DNA from: Candidatus Berkelbacteria bacterium
GTDB lineage: Bacteria; Patescibacteriota; UBA1384; 2-12-FULL-50-11
NCBI GenBank assembly: GCA_030650195.1
Contig: JAUSEP010000009.1
Span: forward strand, 1 to 52,400
Length of the DNA: 52,400 nucleotides
Reading direction: 5' to 3'
How positions within the stretch are numbered: position 1 is the stretch's first letter; every line of letters starts with the position of its first letter. Of the stretch, positions 26,476-35,447 are shown piece after piece. Below the pieces are notes generated by a model. The model searched no databases and was not told the origin of the DNA. It worked only from the letters and a program-made list of their open reading frames with translations. Both the position numbers and the translations under genes were made by a program.

Positions 26476-28140
26476 ATGAACCGAAGACTGTATACTGGGT
26501 CCATGTCTGAAGACCGTCGCTTTGTCCGACTACCAACCCTACCATCATGGGAAAAATTACTATCACGTCTGTACATCCTGCCGGAAGCAGCTTTCGATCA
26601 GAAAGCGCTCCAGCTGGAGCTGCTTGGCGTTATTAGTAATGTATCCGTCACCTTACCCCAACTCTTTGCTCAGCTATGCGTTTTTCTGCCGAAAATCACC
26701 CGTTGCGAAGGAGTGGTTATTTGGGGGGTTGGTGCTCAGGGCAACCAAATTATAAGTACAAATCTGTCACCCAAAAAAGCCCTGCGTTGTATTGAGACTC
26801 GGGGGATTCAACGAATCTCCAAACCCGATCACTATTACTTCAACAGAAGCTCGCCAATGGCACTACAAATAAGACAAAAACAGATTACGAACTGCCACAT
26901 AATGTCTTTAGGGGAGTTTGACGGACTACATTACTATCTCTTATCTGTTAGTAGCCGACCGATTTCCGGTGAAACAAGTCGCGTCTTTGAGGTCGTGCGA
27001 CAGGCTCTCGGAGTTAGGTTAAAAAACAGCCAGCTAGAATTAAACTACCAACAGCAAGTTACAAAAATTACCAACCTTACCAGTCAGCTTGGAGAGGGAA
27101 TGGTGATGACAGACAGTACCTTGAACGTAGCGATGTGGAACCGATCGATGCACCGTCTAACTGGATTTCGAGCCTCTGAGGCGATTAATCGCCCCTTCGA
27201 ACAGGTGTTCCGACGCGCTAACCAACTCGACTGGCTAACAATTCTCGCGGGGGAAACAAACGGCTCCGAACCTAAGCATGTTAGTGCAGACTTTGAAATT
27301 TTTACTAAAGACGGTGAGCGTCGATGGGTTAGCTGTCTAGTAACTGTCTACAAGAACCGTGCTGGTATATTTGAACAGGCAGTGTTGGTTGCTCGCGATA
27401 TTTCCCATAAAAAGAGTCTTGAGCAAAAAAAGAACGAGTTTATCTCGATCGCCACCCACGAGCTACGCACCCCCTTAACAGCTATTAAGGGATATCTAAA
27501 TCTACTTGAGCGCAAGAGCGAGAATCTAACCGAGAAACAACTCTCCTACCTTTCGCAAGCAACTAAAGCCAGTAACCGTCTCGGGAGATTGGCAGAAGAT
27601 TTACTGCGAGTTAACCAAATTGATCAGGATCGAATCCAATTCAAGCCAACTAGTATCCATCTGTTTCCCATATTGAAAAAGGTGGTCCGCGACTTCAAAC
27701 CTAAGGCCGCTGCTAAGGGAGTGACGCTGTCACTAACCAACAGTAAGTTGAATGATAATGTTCGACTTGACCCAGAGCGAACAGAGCAGATATTTGCCAA
27801 CCTCATAGATAATGCCACTAAGTACACCGAGCAAGGCGCAATTAAAGTTTGGATGGAAACCTCTGAAGATCGGCAAAGCTCAGACCCTCAGCTAACAATC
27901 AACATCCGGGACACCGGTATCGGCATCGGTGTAAAAAATATCGAGGAAATTTTTGAGAAGTTTCACAGGGCTCATCGACCGGAACAATCACGGGAGCAAG
28001 GAGCGGGCTTGGGTTTGTATATTGTGAAATCCTTTGTTGAAAAACAAAATGGAACCATTACAGTCAAAAGTCGGGTGGGCAAAGGAACGCATTTTGTTAT
28101 TGCCTTCCCATTAGAGCAAACTAAAAGGAGTAAAAAGTGA
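26476..28140 (+). CDS. Cytoplasmic sensor histidine kinase (GAF-like region, PAS, HisKA, HATPase_c)
   Basis: H-box ATHELRTPL, N-box NLIDNATKY, G-boxes DTGIGI and GAGLGL. No TM helices. Confidence 0.9.
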   Translation: MNRRLYTGSMSEDRRFVRLPTLPSWEKLLSRLYILPEAAFDQKALQLELLGVISNVSVTLPQLFAQLCVFLPKITRCEGVVIWGVGAQGNQIISTNLSPKKALRCIETRGIQRISKPDHYYFNRSSPMALQIRQKQITNCHIMSLGEFDGLHYYLLSVSSRPISGETSRVFEVVRQALGVRLKNSQLELNYQQQVTKITNLTSQLGEGMVMTDSTLNVAMWNRSMHRLTGFRASEAINRPFEQVFRRANQLDWLTILAGETNGSEPKHVSADFEIFTKDGERRWVSCLVTVYKNRAGIFEQAVLVARDISHKKSLEQKKNEFISIATHELRTPLTAIKGYLNLLERKSENLTEKQLSYLSQATKASNRLGRLAEDLLRVNQIDQDRIQFKPTSIHLFPILKKVVRDFKPKAAAKGVTLSLTNSKLNDNVRLDPERTEQIFANLIDNATKYTEQGAIKVWMETSEDRQSSDPQLTINIRDTGIGIGVKNIEEIFEKFHRAHRPEQSREQGAGLGLYIVKSFVEKQNGTITVKSRVGKGTHFVIAFPLEQTKRSKK

Positions 28141-28514
28141 AAACAAAAAAAGTTTTATTAGTTGAGGACGAGCCACTTTTAATAGACCTGTACCAAGAGC
28201 GTTTCAGTGAGGAGGATTTCAATCTAGAAATTGCCCGTGATGGTAACGAAGCCCTGAAGAAAGCTGACCTTGGAGCAGATCTGATATTGTTAGATATCCT
28301 TTTGCCTGGCATTAACGGTTTTGAAGTCTTGCGACGACTAAAAAGAAACTTGGATACCAGAGATATCCCGGTAATCGTTCTGACAAACCTAGGAAGCGAA
28401 CAGTCAGACTCAGATAAACAGCTGGCCTTTTCGCTTGGGGCCGTTGATTATCTCGTTAAGTCCTACCATACACCAGATGAGATGGTGGAAATTGTTAACA
28501 AACGCCTCGCCTAG
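28137..28514 (+). CDS. Response regulator, receiver domain only
   Basis: VEDE...DILLPGINGF...TNLG...K are the receiver residues. At 125 aa it has no output domain. Its start overlaps the kinase stop by 4 nt. Confidence 0.9.
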   Translation: MKTKKVLLVEDEPLLIDLYQERFSEEDFNLEIARDGNEALKKADLGADLILLDILLPGINGFEVLRRLKRNLDTRDIPVIVLTNLGSEQSDSDKQLAFSLGAVDYLVKSYHTPDEMVEIVNKRLA

Positions 28515-28702
28515 TTGGCTTTCTTTAGTCAGATTTGCTAATGACTTTCTCCGGGTTTCTGGCAGATTAAGACTGTGCTTTTTATTGTTTGCTCCTTCTA
28601 CCTTCTGCCCCGAATTGATTAGAAGAGCCTTCGGGATCGGCGCGAATTCTAAACGAGGCCGAGTAGATCGCTCATCGGAGGGTGACAGAGGGTGGCTATT
28701 CA

Positions 28703-28766
28703 CCAAAAGTACTCGAGCATAAGGAGAAAAAAGGCCTCCTGCAGTGCTCGGGTTCTTTTGGTTTTT
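28703..28766 (+). terminator. Long three-segment hairpin followed by TTTTT, abutting the PucR-family gene stop
   Basis: CCAAAAG (28703-09) pairs with CTTTTGG (28755-61), CGAGCA (28714-19) with TGCTCG (28745-50), and AGGAG (28722-26) with CTCCT (28736-40). TTTTT follows at 28762-66. Confidence 0.5.
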
Positions 28767-29946
28767 AGCCAAATAACTTGGCAAATAGCGACGCCAGGTA
28801 AAGCTCAACGGCATCAGTAAATTTACGAGGGTCCTTTCCAAGCTTTTCCTGGATCCGGTCTAGACGGTAGATAACAGTATTACGATGGATTTTCAATTTT
28901 GTCGCCGCTTGTGTTAGGTTCAGGTCTTCAGAGATGAACGCCTCGAGAGTTTCAGTTAGTTGCTCGTCTTCAAGAGAAGAGAAGAGCTTGGAAGAAAATT
29001 CTTTTTTCTGCTGGTCATTTCCCATGAGTAACAATGGCAAAACGCCAAGTGAATCAAAACGATGTGTCTGGTTGCTGCCAATAATTTTCTGGCCAATCTT
29101 GAGTACTTGCATGGCTTCCTGAGCCGAGCGGATTAAGCCACTCGGTGTTGAAGCGGGTGACCCGATACCAACCGTTACCTCAGTAATATGAACATTTTTC
29201 AAAGGTGCGGTAATTTCACTGTAATGTCGAGACAGAAGTTGGCAGAACTTAGAGTAATCCGTATCTCGTAGATCTTTTAAAATAAGAAAGGTGTCATGCC
29301 CAATAAAACCAACTAAGTTATCTTGGTTTTTAGTAAAGAAGCTTGTTAGAGATTGGTTTAGATCACGTTTTTTGGCTTCAATTAAACCTTCTTTTGCACC
29401 AAGTGGTGAGCCGAGAGTCTGGAGGTAGTTATCCCAGAAGCCCTTTAGTTCAAAGGTAACAGCCACTCGCGGTAAGTCTAGCCGGAAACCTAGCGCAGTC
29501 ATCTGTTCGGAAAGCTCTTCCGGGTCAAGTGTCTGTGGTCGGAAAGCAACGCGAGTTAACAGCAGATCAACTGCGTCAGGCTTTGGTTTGTGAGTTAGAA
29601 TGAACTGTTGAACAATTAATTCAGCTAGGCTGTTAATTATTTGGGTGGTTTGTGTGTCCTCAAGGGGGACCCTAACTACAACCACGACTAACAGCTTACC
29701 TTCGAGGAAGATTGGGATTGCCTGAGAGTTCTCGTCACCCTCGACTCCAAACGAGTGTTGGCTGTCGCCTGAAGTTAATACTGGGTAATGAGCGGATCCT
29801 GGTTCACCACGGAACGTAATTTGTTTCTGGCTACCGAAATCCGAAAAATTCTTGTATATAATTCCCCGCTCGTCGGTTAGGGCCAACGGTTTAGTGATAA
29901 CCCGTTTTATTTGCTCAAAGAGTTGTTCGAAAAGTTTTGGTGACAT
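28765..29946 (-). CDS. PucR/CdaR-family transcriptional regulator
   Basis: C-terminal HTH_30: LNLTQAATKLKIHRNTVIYRLDRIQEKLGKDPRKF. Confidence 0.85.
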   Translation of the reverse strand: MSPKLFEQLFEQIKRVITKPLALTDERGIIYKNFSDFGSQKQITFRGEPGSAHYPVLTSGDSQHSFGVEGDENSQAIPIFLEGKLLVVVVVRVPLEDTQTTQIINSLAELIVQQFILTHKPKPDAVDLLLTRVAFRPQTLDPEELSEQMTALGFRLDLPRVAVTFELKGFWDNYLQTLGSPLGAKEGLIEAKKRDLNQSLTSFFTKNQDNLVGFIGHDTFLILKDLRDTDYSKFCQLLSRHYSEITAPLKNVHITEVTVGIGSPASTPSGLIRSAQEAMQVLKIGQKIIGSNQTHRFDSLGVLPLLLMGNDQQKKEFSSKLFSSLEDEQLTETLEAFISEDLNLTQAATKLKIHRNTVIYRLDRIQEKLGKDPRKFTDAVELYLASLFAKLFG

Positions 29947-30042
29947 CTTTTAGTATAATCCTACAAATATAGTCACTGAACAAGTCGTCAATTCAGCCTA
30001 AGTTTAGTTGCTACGGATACTAACTTTTGTGATTACTCACAA

Positions 30043-32076
30043 TTAGTCACTAGGCAACGGTTGGATTGGCGTGAGCGGTAATTTGAAATAGGCTTCTATG
30101 ATATTCTTTGCAACCGGAGCCGCCACAACATAGCCTTCGCCTCCGCCCTCCACGATAACTGTTACGGCAATCTGTGGGTCATTATACGGAGCAAACGCCG
30201 TAAACCACGAGTGGGTTTTTTCTTTAGCTTTGTCGAACTGGGCTGTGCCTGTTTTAGCCGCCACCTCAACCGGGAGAGTCGCGAAAGACCGAGCGGAACC
30301 ACTTAACACCGCTTGGCGCATACCTTCGCGAACCACCTGCAAAGCAGAGGCAGGCGCTAAATTATCTCGAGTAGTTCTAATAGGGTAATCTTTTTGACCA
30401 GTACCCGGAGAAAATGAAGATTTGACCAAACGAGGCGTTAACAACTGACCGTTGTTAGCGATTGCCGCAGTGGCTCTGGCAAGTTGAAGCGGCGTCACCA
30501 ACAGATCTCCTTGCCCAATCGAAAGGTTGTACGTATCACCGATGTACCACGATTCCTTTTTAGTTTTTTTCTTCCAGTCAGGCGTGGGTACTAGCCCGTC
30601 TTGTTCGCCAGGAATGTCGACACCCGTTACTTGACCGAACCCAAACTTTGTCAGCCAGGCAGCCAAGCGTTCAGCACCAAGACCACCAATTTGTTTAAAT
30701 CCACCCCCAACGGAGTAGAAGAAAATATTATTACTCTCGGCTATGGCTTGCTTGACGTCACTGGTTCCATGAGTTTTCCAGTCATGAAAAGTCCACTGCC
30801 CAACTTCGATTTTCCCGGCCGAGGTGTCTATCTTGGTGTTAGCGTTAATAACCCCGGTTGCTAAACCAGCTGTGGCAACAAAAGGCTTAACTGTTGATCC
30901 AGACGGATACTGACCAGATATTGCTCTGTTGATCAGAGGAGAACCAGGATCTTGGAGAACGGCCTGGCGAGCAGCCGAATCAGTAGTCGGCGAAAAAAGA
31001 TTGTTGTCAAAAGTTGGTAAGCTAACCATGGCGAGAACGTCTCCAGTATTTACATCAATCGCAACCGCCGCACCATTTGTTGCGCCGGATTTTATGATTG
31101 ACTCTTGCAACGCGGTAGCCGTAACCCGTTGTATCGAAGCATCAAGCCCTAACACTAAGGAATTCCCAGAAACCGATGGCTTATTTCCAACTGATCTAAT
31201 CGCTCTGCCAAGAGAGTCGACTTCAGTAATTTCCTGGCCCGGAATACCCTGGAGAATCTCGTCGTAAGTGCTCTCAACGCCTGATTTTCCAACATAGCTT
31301 GTTGGAAGAAGATTAGGACGCTTTTTAAGATCCTCTGCATCAACTTTACCTATATAACCCAGCAGATTACCCATTGATGGTACTGTGCCGTACAAGCGAA
31401 TCGGTTGTTTAATGAGCTCTAACGCGTTCCAGCCGTGAGTCTTTAGCTCCAGAGATAGCGACTGTTCCCGGTTCAAACCATCCAGTAGGGTAATGAAGTC
31501 ACGATTTGCTTGTGAGTTAACCATCGTTTCTAAGGCGGCCCTATCGAGTAGTACCAAACGTGCCAAATCATCTAGATACATCTGTCGATCAGATTTTTTC
31601 TTAGGTAGTTCGCTCGGACGAAGTATCAGAGAAAAGCTTGGTGCATTTTGAACGAGACCTACGCCATTTCGGTCGTAAATCAGACCCCTTGGAGCAGATA
31701 TTAAATTTGTTTTAAGACGGTTACCTTCGGCTAGTCGGTAATTCTCCTGACCCTGGGTGATTTGTAGAGAGATTAAGCGAAAGGCAAATATTGCTGCGAT
31801 TAAAAAAGCCACCGCCTTAAGAAGGAAAAATGACCTTCGAGACTGAACATTTGATTCAAGTACTCCACCTTCAGCAGGGTCTTTAACGCTACTCTCGTAA
31901 TCGGCACCTAAAGTCTTTAGGGAGCCAAGAGGTACGTACGGATCAAAGATACCTAAGTCAGTTGACCTAATTTTTGAGACCCTAAACCTAGCCCATATCC
32001 ACCCAATTGGAAGCCAGACAATCTTAAGGACCCGGCGAACCGGCTCCCAATCTACCCGATCCGTCTGCCTGCCCAT
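30043..32076 (-). CDS. mrdA: Penicillin-binding protein 2 (elongasome transpeptidase)
   Basis: STVKP (SxxK), SNN (SxN) and KTGTA motifs. It lies downstream of mreBCD. Confidence 0.92.
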   Translation of the reverse strand: MGRQTDRVDWEPVRRVLKIVWLPIGWIWARFRVSKIRSTDLGIFDPYVPLGSLKTLGADYESSVKDPAEGGVLESNVQSRRSFFLLKAVAFLIAAIFAFRLISLQITQGQENYRLAEGNRLKTNLISAPRGLIYDRNGVGLVQNAPSFSLILRPSELPKKKSDRQMYLDDLARLVLLDRAALETMVNSQANRDFITLLDGLNREQSLSLELKTHGWNALELIKQPIRLYGTVPSMGNLLGYIGKVDAEDLKKRPNLLPTSYVGKSGVESTYDEILQGIPGQEITEVDSLGRAIRSVGNKPSVSGNSLVLGLDASIQRVTATALQESIIKSGATNGAAVAIDVNTGDVLAMVSLPTFDNNLFSPTTDSAARQAVLQDPGSPLINRAISGQYPSGSTVKPFVATAGLATGVINANTKIDTSAGKIEVGQWTFHDWKTHGTSDVKQAIAESNNIFFYSVGGGFKQIGGLGAERLAAWLTKFGFGQVTGVDIPGEQDGLVPTPDWKKKTKKESWYIGDTYNLSIGQGDLLVTPLQLARATAAIANNGQLLTPRLVKSSFSPGTGQKDYPIRTTRDNLAPASALQVVREGMRQAVLSGSARSFATLPVEVAAKTGTAQFDKAKEKTHSWFTAFAPYNDPQIAVTVIVEGGGEGYVVAAPVAKNIIEAYFKLPLTPIQPLPSD

Positions 32077-32525
32077 CGTTGGAATAACTTTAATCGCATC
32101 GCTAAGAGATAGTAGACAAATATTCCAAGTATTACATTACCCAAAATAACAAGTGAGATCTCCTTAATAGCAAACGTTCCGGTTGCTATAGAGAGAAAGA
32201 TCGGCGCAACTAGCGAAACAATCAGTAACGCAAGTAGCGCATGGAGAATTGAGCCTGCATCAAGTAGCCTCCCTTTAAGCGCATCGACAATCAAAACCAC
32301 TGCAACGGCACTCACGCTCCACAGTCCAAACCAGTTCCAGCCAACTAAATCCAGTAGCAGTCCTCCGACAATTGCCAGCGAGAGTGTTTGGGAACGAACG
32401 CCAAACCAGCTAACCGCCCAAAGAAAAACCACCAACAAGTTGGGAGTGAACGGGTAAGATTGCGAGAGATGCCCCAATGGTCCAAGAGATAGTCCGACAA
32501 CGATCAGTAATAGTATCCACCTCAT
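32052..32525 (-). CDS. mreD: Rod shape-determining protein MreD
   Basis: Five-TM 157-aa protein located between mreC and PBP2. Confidence 0.8.
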   Translation of the reverse strand: MRWILLLIVVGLSLGPLGHLSQSYPFTPNLLVVFLWAVSWFGVRSQTLSLAIVGGLLLDLVGWNWFGLWSVSAVAVVLIVDALKGRLLDAGSILHALLALLIVSLVAPIFLSIATGTFAIKEISLVILGNVILGIFVYYLLAMRLKLFQRWAGRRIG

Positions 32526-33316
32526 GAAGTAACGACAAAAACTACCGTTAAATCACCAAACTTAGTTGGGGTACTTATCCTAAGCGTCAGGAAAATCTCT
32601 TCTTTAGACGAGATTATCTCCTCGACGTTACCGACGGCGATACCGGACGGGTAGATACCTTCGAGTGAAGAGGTTACAACAGACTCTCCGACCGTAACCT
32701 TAGTATCTAGTGGAATATTCTCTACAACCAATCCCCGAATACCGCCAGATAGCAAACCTATAGTCTGACTTCCAGTTAAAACAACTGGGGTTAGTAAGTT
32801 CCGATTAGTAATTAGCCAGACTTCGGAAGTTGAATCTGCAACGGTATGAATTTTTCCAATGAGGAAACCGTTCGAGACCACGGCTTGGTTCTCTTTAATT
32901 CCATCTCTGGAACCACGATTTATCGTAAATGCTTGATACAATCCTGAAGGCGAAAATGTAAGGACTTCGGCAGGAGTCAGCTTTAGATCGTTTCGACTAC
33001 TCTTGAAATTCAAGTCTTGACGAAGGGTTTCGTTTTCCCCTTGAACAGATTTAAGCTTCGCAAGCTCGGCCTCGAGAGTTGAGTTCTGTAACCGTAGAGC
33101 GGCGTTTTCTTTTGAGAGGTCGTTAATTGCAAAAAGAATTCGAGCCGAAGAACTTAAGCGATTGGCCAAGGAGTCGAACATACTAGCTGGAGCACCAACT
33201 GCTCGACGAGTCAGGTCTCGAATAGGGCTGAAAAATCTAAATTGACTAGCAACGAGAAGTAATACGACAACCACCAATATGATTACTCGGTAGTTCCAAC
33301 GCGGAAATCGTATCAT
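32522..33316 (-). CDS. mreC: Rod shape-determining protein MreC
   Basis: N-terminal TM helix, coiled coil (ENAALRLQNSTLEAELAKLK) and beta-barrel domains. It overlaps mreB and mreD by 4 nt each. Confidence 0.88.
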   Translation of the reverse strand: MIRFPRWNYRVIILVVVVLLLVASQFRFFSPIRDLTRRAVGAPASMFDSLANRLSSSARILFAINDLSKENAALRLQNSTLEAELAKLKSVQGENETLRQDLNFKSSRNDLKLTPAEVLTFSPSGLYQAFTINRGSRDGIKENQAVVSNGFLIGKIHTVADSTSEVWLITNRNLLTPVVLTGSQTIGLLSGGIRGLVVENIPLDTKVTVGESVVTSSLEGIYPSGIAVGNVEEIISSKEEIFLTLRISTPTKFGDLTVVFVVTS

Positions 33317-34353
33317 CTAAGGGCACTACTTAGGAGAACGCTCTCTAGTGTTTCCAGATCCTCTAGAACCACCCCGGTTCCACGTGCTACACAAGTCAAC
33401 GGATCGTCAGCAATGTAAACTTTTGTTTGGGTAGCTTGAGAGATCAAAACATCCAGCCCTTTTAAGAGCGCTCCACCACCAGCCAGAACGATTCCTCTTT
33501 CCATAATATCTGCCACTAACTCAGGTGGAGTTTCTTCGATGGTGGATTTGACCGCATCTACGATGATCATCGTAGATTTATAGAGCGCCTGGCGAACTTG
33601 CTCGTCATTTATCATAACTTGGTGAGGCAGACCCGAAACTAGATCACGACCGCGCATCGGTCTTTCCAACGGTTCTTTGAGAGTACATGCCGATCCGATA
33701 TCAATTTTAATCTGTTCGGCGGTTCTTTCCCCTAGTAATAAATTAAAGTTATCACGAGCATAATTAATGATGTCCTGGTTCATTTCATCGCCCGCAACCC
33801 GAATTGAACGCGAAGCAACGATTCCACCCATCGAAATTACCGCCACCTCAGTAGTACCGCCGCCGATATCAACAATCATGCTCCCCGTCGCTTCCTGGAT
33901 AGGTAAACGAGCACCGATAGCGGCTGCCACTGGCTCTTCGATTAGAAAGGCTTGTCTGGCACCAGCGTTCAACGCCGCTTCCTCTGCTGCACGACGCTCA
34001 ACTTCGGTAACACCGTACGGGACACCAATAACCACTCTTGGACGTGGTAAAAGTGAAAAGCGTTCTTTGTGAACTCGTTCTATAAAATACCGAAGCATCT
34101 GCTCGGTGACTTCGAAATCTGACACAACTCCATCGACCAGTGGACGAGTAGCAACAATATGAGCTGGCGTTTTACCAACCATTACCTGAGCTTCCGTACC
34201 GATTGCCAAGATCTGCTTTGTTCTTTGGTTAATAGCTACAACCGAGGGTTCATTAATAACGATCCCTTTACCGCGTACATAAACGAGGGTATTAGCAGTA
34301 CCCAAGTCTATTCCCACGTCATGCGAAAATGCACCCCAAAATCGGTTTAGCAT
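33313..34353 (-). CDS. mreB: Rod shape-determining actin homologue MreB
   Basis: GIDLGTANTLVY, EPVAAAIGA and DIGGGTTEVAVIS motifs. Confidence 0.96.
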   Translation of the reverse strand: MLNRFWGAFSHDVGIDLGTANTLVYVRGKGIVINEPSVVAINQRTKQILAIGTEAQVMVGKTPAHIVATRPLVDGVVSDFEVTEQMLRYFIERVHKERFSLLPRPRVVIGVPYGVTEVERRAAEEAALNAGARQAFLIEEPVAAAIGARLPIQEATGSMIVDIGGGTTEVAVISMGGIVASRSIRVAGDEMNQDIINYARDNFNLLLGERTAEQIKIDIGSACTLKEPLERPMRGRDLVSGLPHQVMINDEQVRQALYKSTMIIVDAVKSTIEETPPELVADIMERGIVLAGGGALLKGLDVLISQATQTKVYIADDPLTCVARGTGVVLEDLETLESVLLSSALR

Positions 34354-34421
34354 CGTGTTAGCATTGTATTAGAAACGAAGCTTAAATCAACAGAGTTACT
34401 TGCGTCTCCTGTAGTTATGCA

Positions 34422-34640
34422 TAAAAAAAGAGCTCCTGAGGTAGAGCTCCGGTGGAAACGAACAAGACCCGATAGGCGGTTGCCTCAGATGCACGAAGGA
34501 TGGTATTCCACTGATGACGAATCTCCCATCTATTCTCTACAACGTGCACGCCCACCAGTTCAAGCAGGGGAGTCGAACCCCATTTGCATTGGCCCCGCCG
34601 GTACGTCCCGACGGTTCCGCAGCCCCTCTTGTCTTGTACT
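34422..34640 (-). ncRNA. Unclassified structured RNA (stand-alone sRNA or leader) with its own extended -10 box and intrinsic terminator
   Basis: Minus-strand TGTTATAAT at 34654-34646. Hairpins: CCGTCGG-gacgta-CCGGCGG, the T-arm-like GGGG-TTCGACT-CCCC, and GTGCACG...GATGG..ATTC-N10-GAAT.CCATC...CGTGCAT. The terminator G-GAGCTC-tacctcag-GAGCTC-T plus TTTTTTT spans 34450-34422. No credible ORF or RBS. Confidence 0.55.
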
Positions 34641-34682
34641 TGGTGATTATAACAATACGAGACTAAGAATCTAGAGTCAGAC

Positions 34683-35444
34683 TCAATCAAAAACGATAAC
34701 AGCTTTTTGGCCGTTAAGGATATTGTCCGGATCCCAGTCGTGCATAGCCGTCATAATCCGGTCGAATGTGTAATGGTAAGATTCCCCGTTACGGGTTCCG
34801 GGATCGTTCACAACAAAACCAGTCTCATCGAAACTCTTTAGAACAAGCATGTGGTAAACCGGTCCGGGTGAGGTGAAATTTGGATTCTTTAACTCTCTTC
34901 CAGCGGCTGGGATGATTACTGGTCTTCCCGCAGAAACTTCAGCTTTTAGCTGCTCAACAGTTGGATCCGTAATTACACGGCCCGTTTTGAGTTTCATGTA
35001 ACCATTAGCCACTGCCACCAACTCTTGAGAAGTTAGATCAACCTTGTAACCGTTACTACTTTCCCAAGTAATTAATTTTTTAATTTCCGTGTCCGCCTCT
35101 AGGGGTGAAGAGAATTTCTGACCAGTTCGGTAGTAGTAAACCATTAATAAACTTGCTTCCTCGCAAGCCTCTTCGTGTAACGGATCCCAAAGTGCAAACG
35201 GAGCCTGAGTGGTAAAAGGAACTTTAAGCGGGAGAGTGACAGGTGGTTTTACGACAACAGTTGCAGTTACGGGTGCCGGTTTATCTGGCACGTTTGTTTT
35301 AAGTGTTAGGTTACCTAGCGGTAGCTCGAGTCCTTTGTAGTAATCTACGTACTTGTTACGAACTACGATCGCCAAGACTAGGGCAACAACCAGAAATATT
35401 AGGAATGGGGGAAGCTTAGCCAGCGGTCGCCGAGAACGACCCAT
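34683..35444 (-). CDS. Membrane-anchored C39-like (papain-fold) peptidase domain protein
   Basis: N-terminal TM helix, catalytic Cys context HEEACEEASLLMVYYY, and downstream His context VYHMLVLKSFDETGFVVNDPG. Confidence 0.65.
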   Translation of the reverse strand: MGRSRRPLAKLPPFLIFLVVALVLAIVVRNKYVDYYKGLELPLGNLTLKTNVPDKPAPVTATVVVKPPVTLPLKVPFTTQAPFALWDPLHEEACEEASLLMVYYYRTGQKFSSPLEADTEIKKLITWESSNGYKVDLTSQELVAVANGYMKLKTGRVITDPTVEQLKAEVSAGRPVIIPAAGRELKNPNFTSPGPVYHMLVLKSFDETGFVVNDPGTRNGESYHYTFDRIMTAMHDWDPDNILNGQKAVIVFD

Positions 35445-35447
35445 CAG

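Noticed and set aside
28410-28841. 143-aa (minus) and 95-aa (plus) ORFs in the gap between the response-regulator and PucR-family genes
   Set aside because: They overlap the ends of two well-supported genes and each other and lack an RBS. The region ends in a strong hairpin plus T-run and is treated as non-coding.
34422-34640. Identification of the structured RNA as RNase P RNA, SRP RNA, 6S RNA, a T-box leader, a tRNA or a hammerhead
   Set aside because: It has no GGAAAGUCCGG or ACAGAA-CGGCUUA (RNase P) and no GGAA tetraloop with an AGCA loop (SRP). No end-to-end rod fold is possible (6S). There is no AAnnnGGGUGGnACCGCG box next to the terminator, and the downstream gene is not amino-acid related (T-box). 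No anticodon or D arm surrounds the T-arm-like hairpin (tRNA). CUGAUGA occurs only on the opposite strand, without stem II (hammerhead).
34415-34690. 91-aa (minus) and 85-aa (plus) track ORFs in the mreB upstream gap
   Set aside because: They occupy both strands of the same stretch, lack an RBS and have odd composition (Cys/Trp/Arg-rich). The stretch is better explained by a promoter, a set of hairpins and a terminator, i.e. an RNA.
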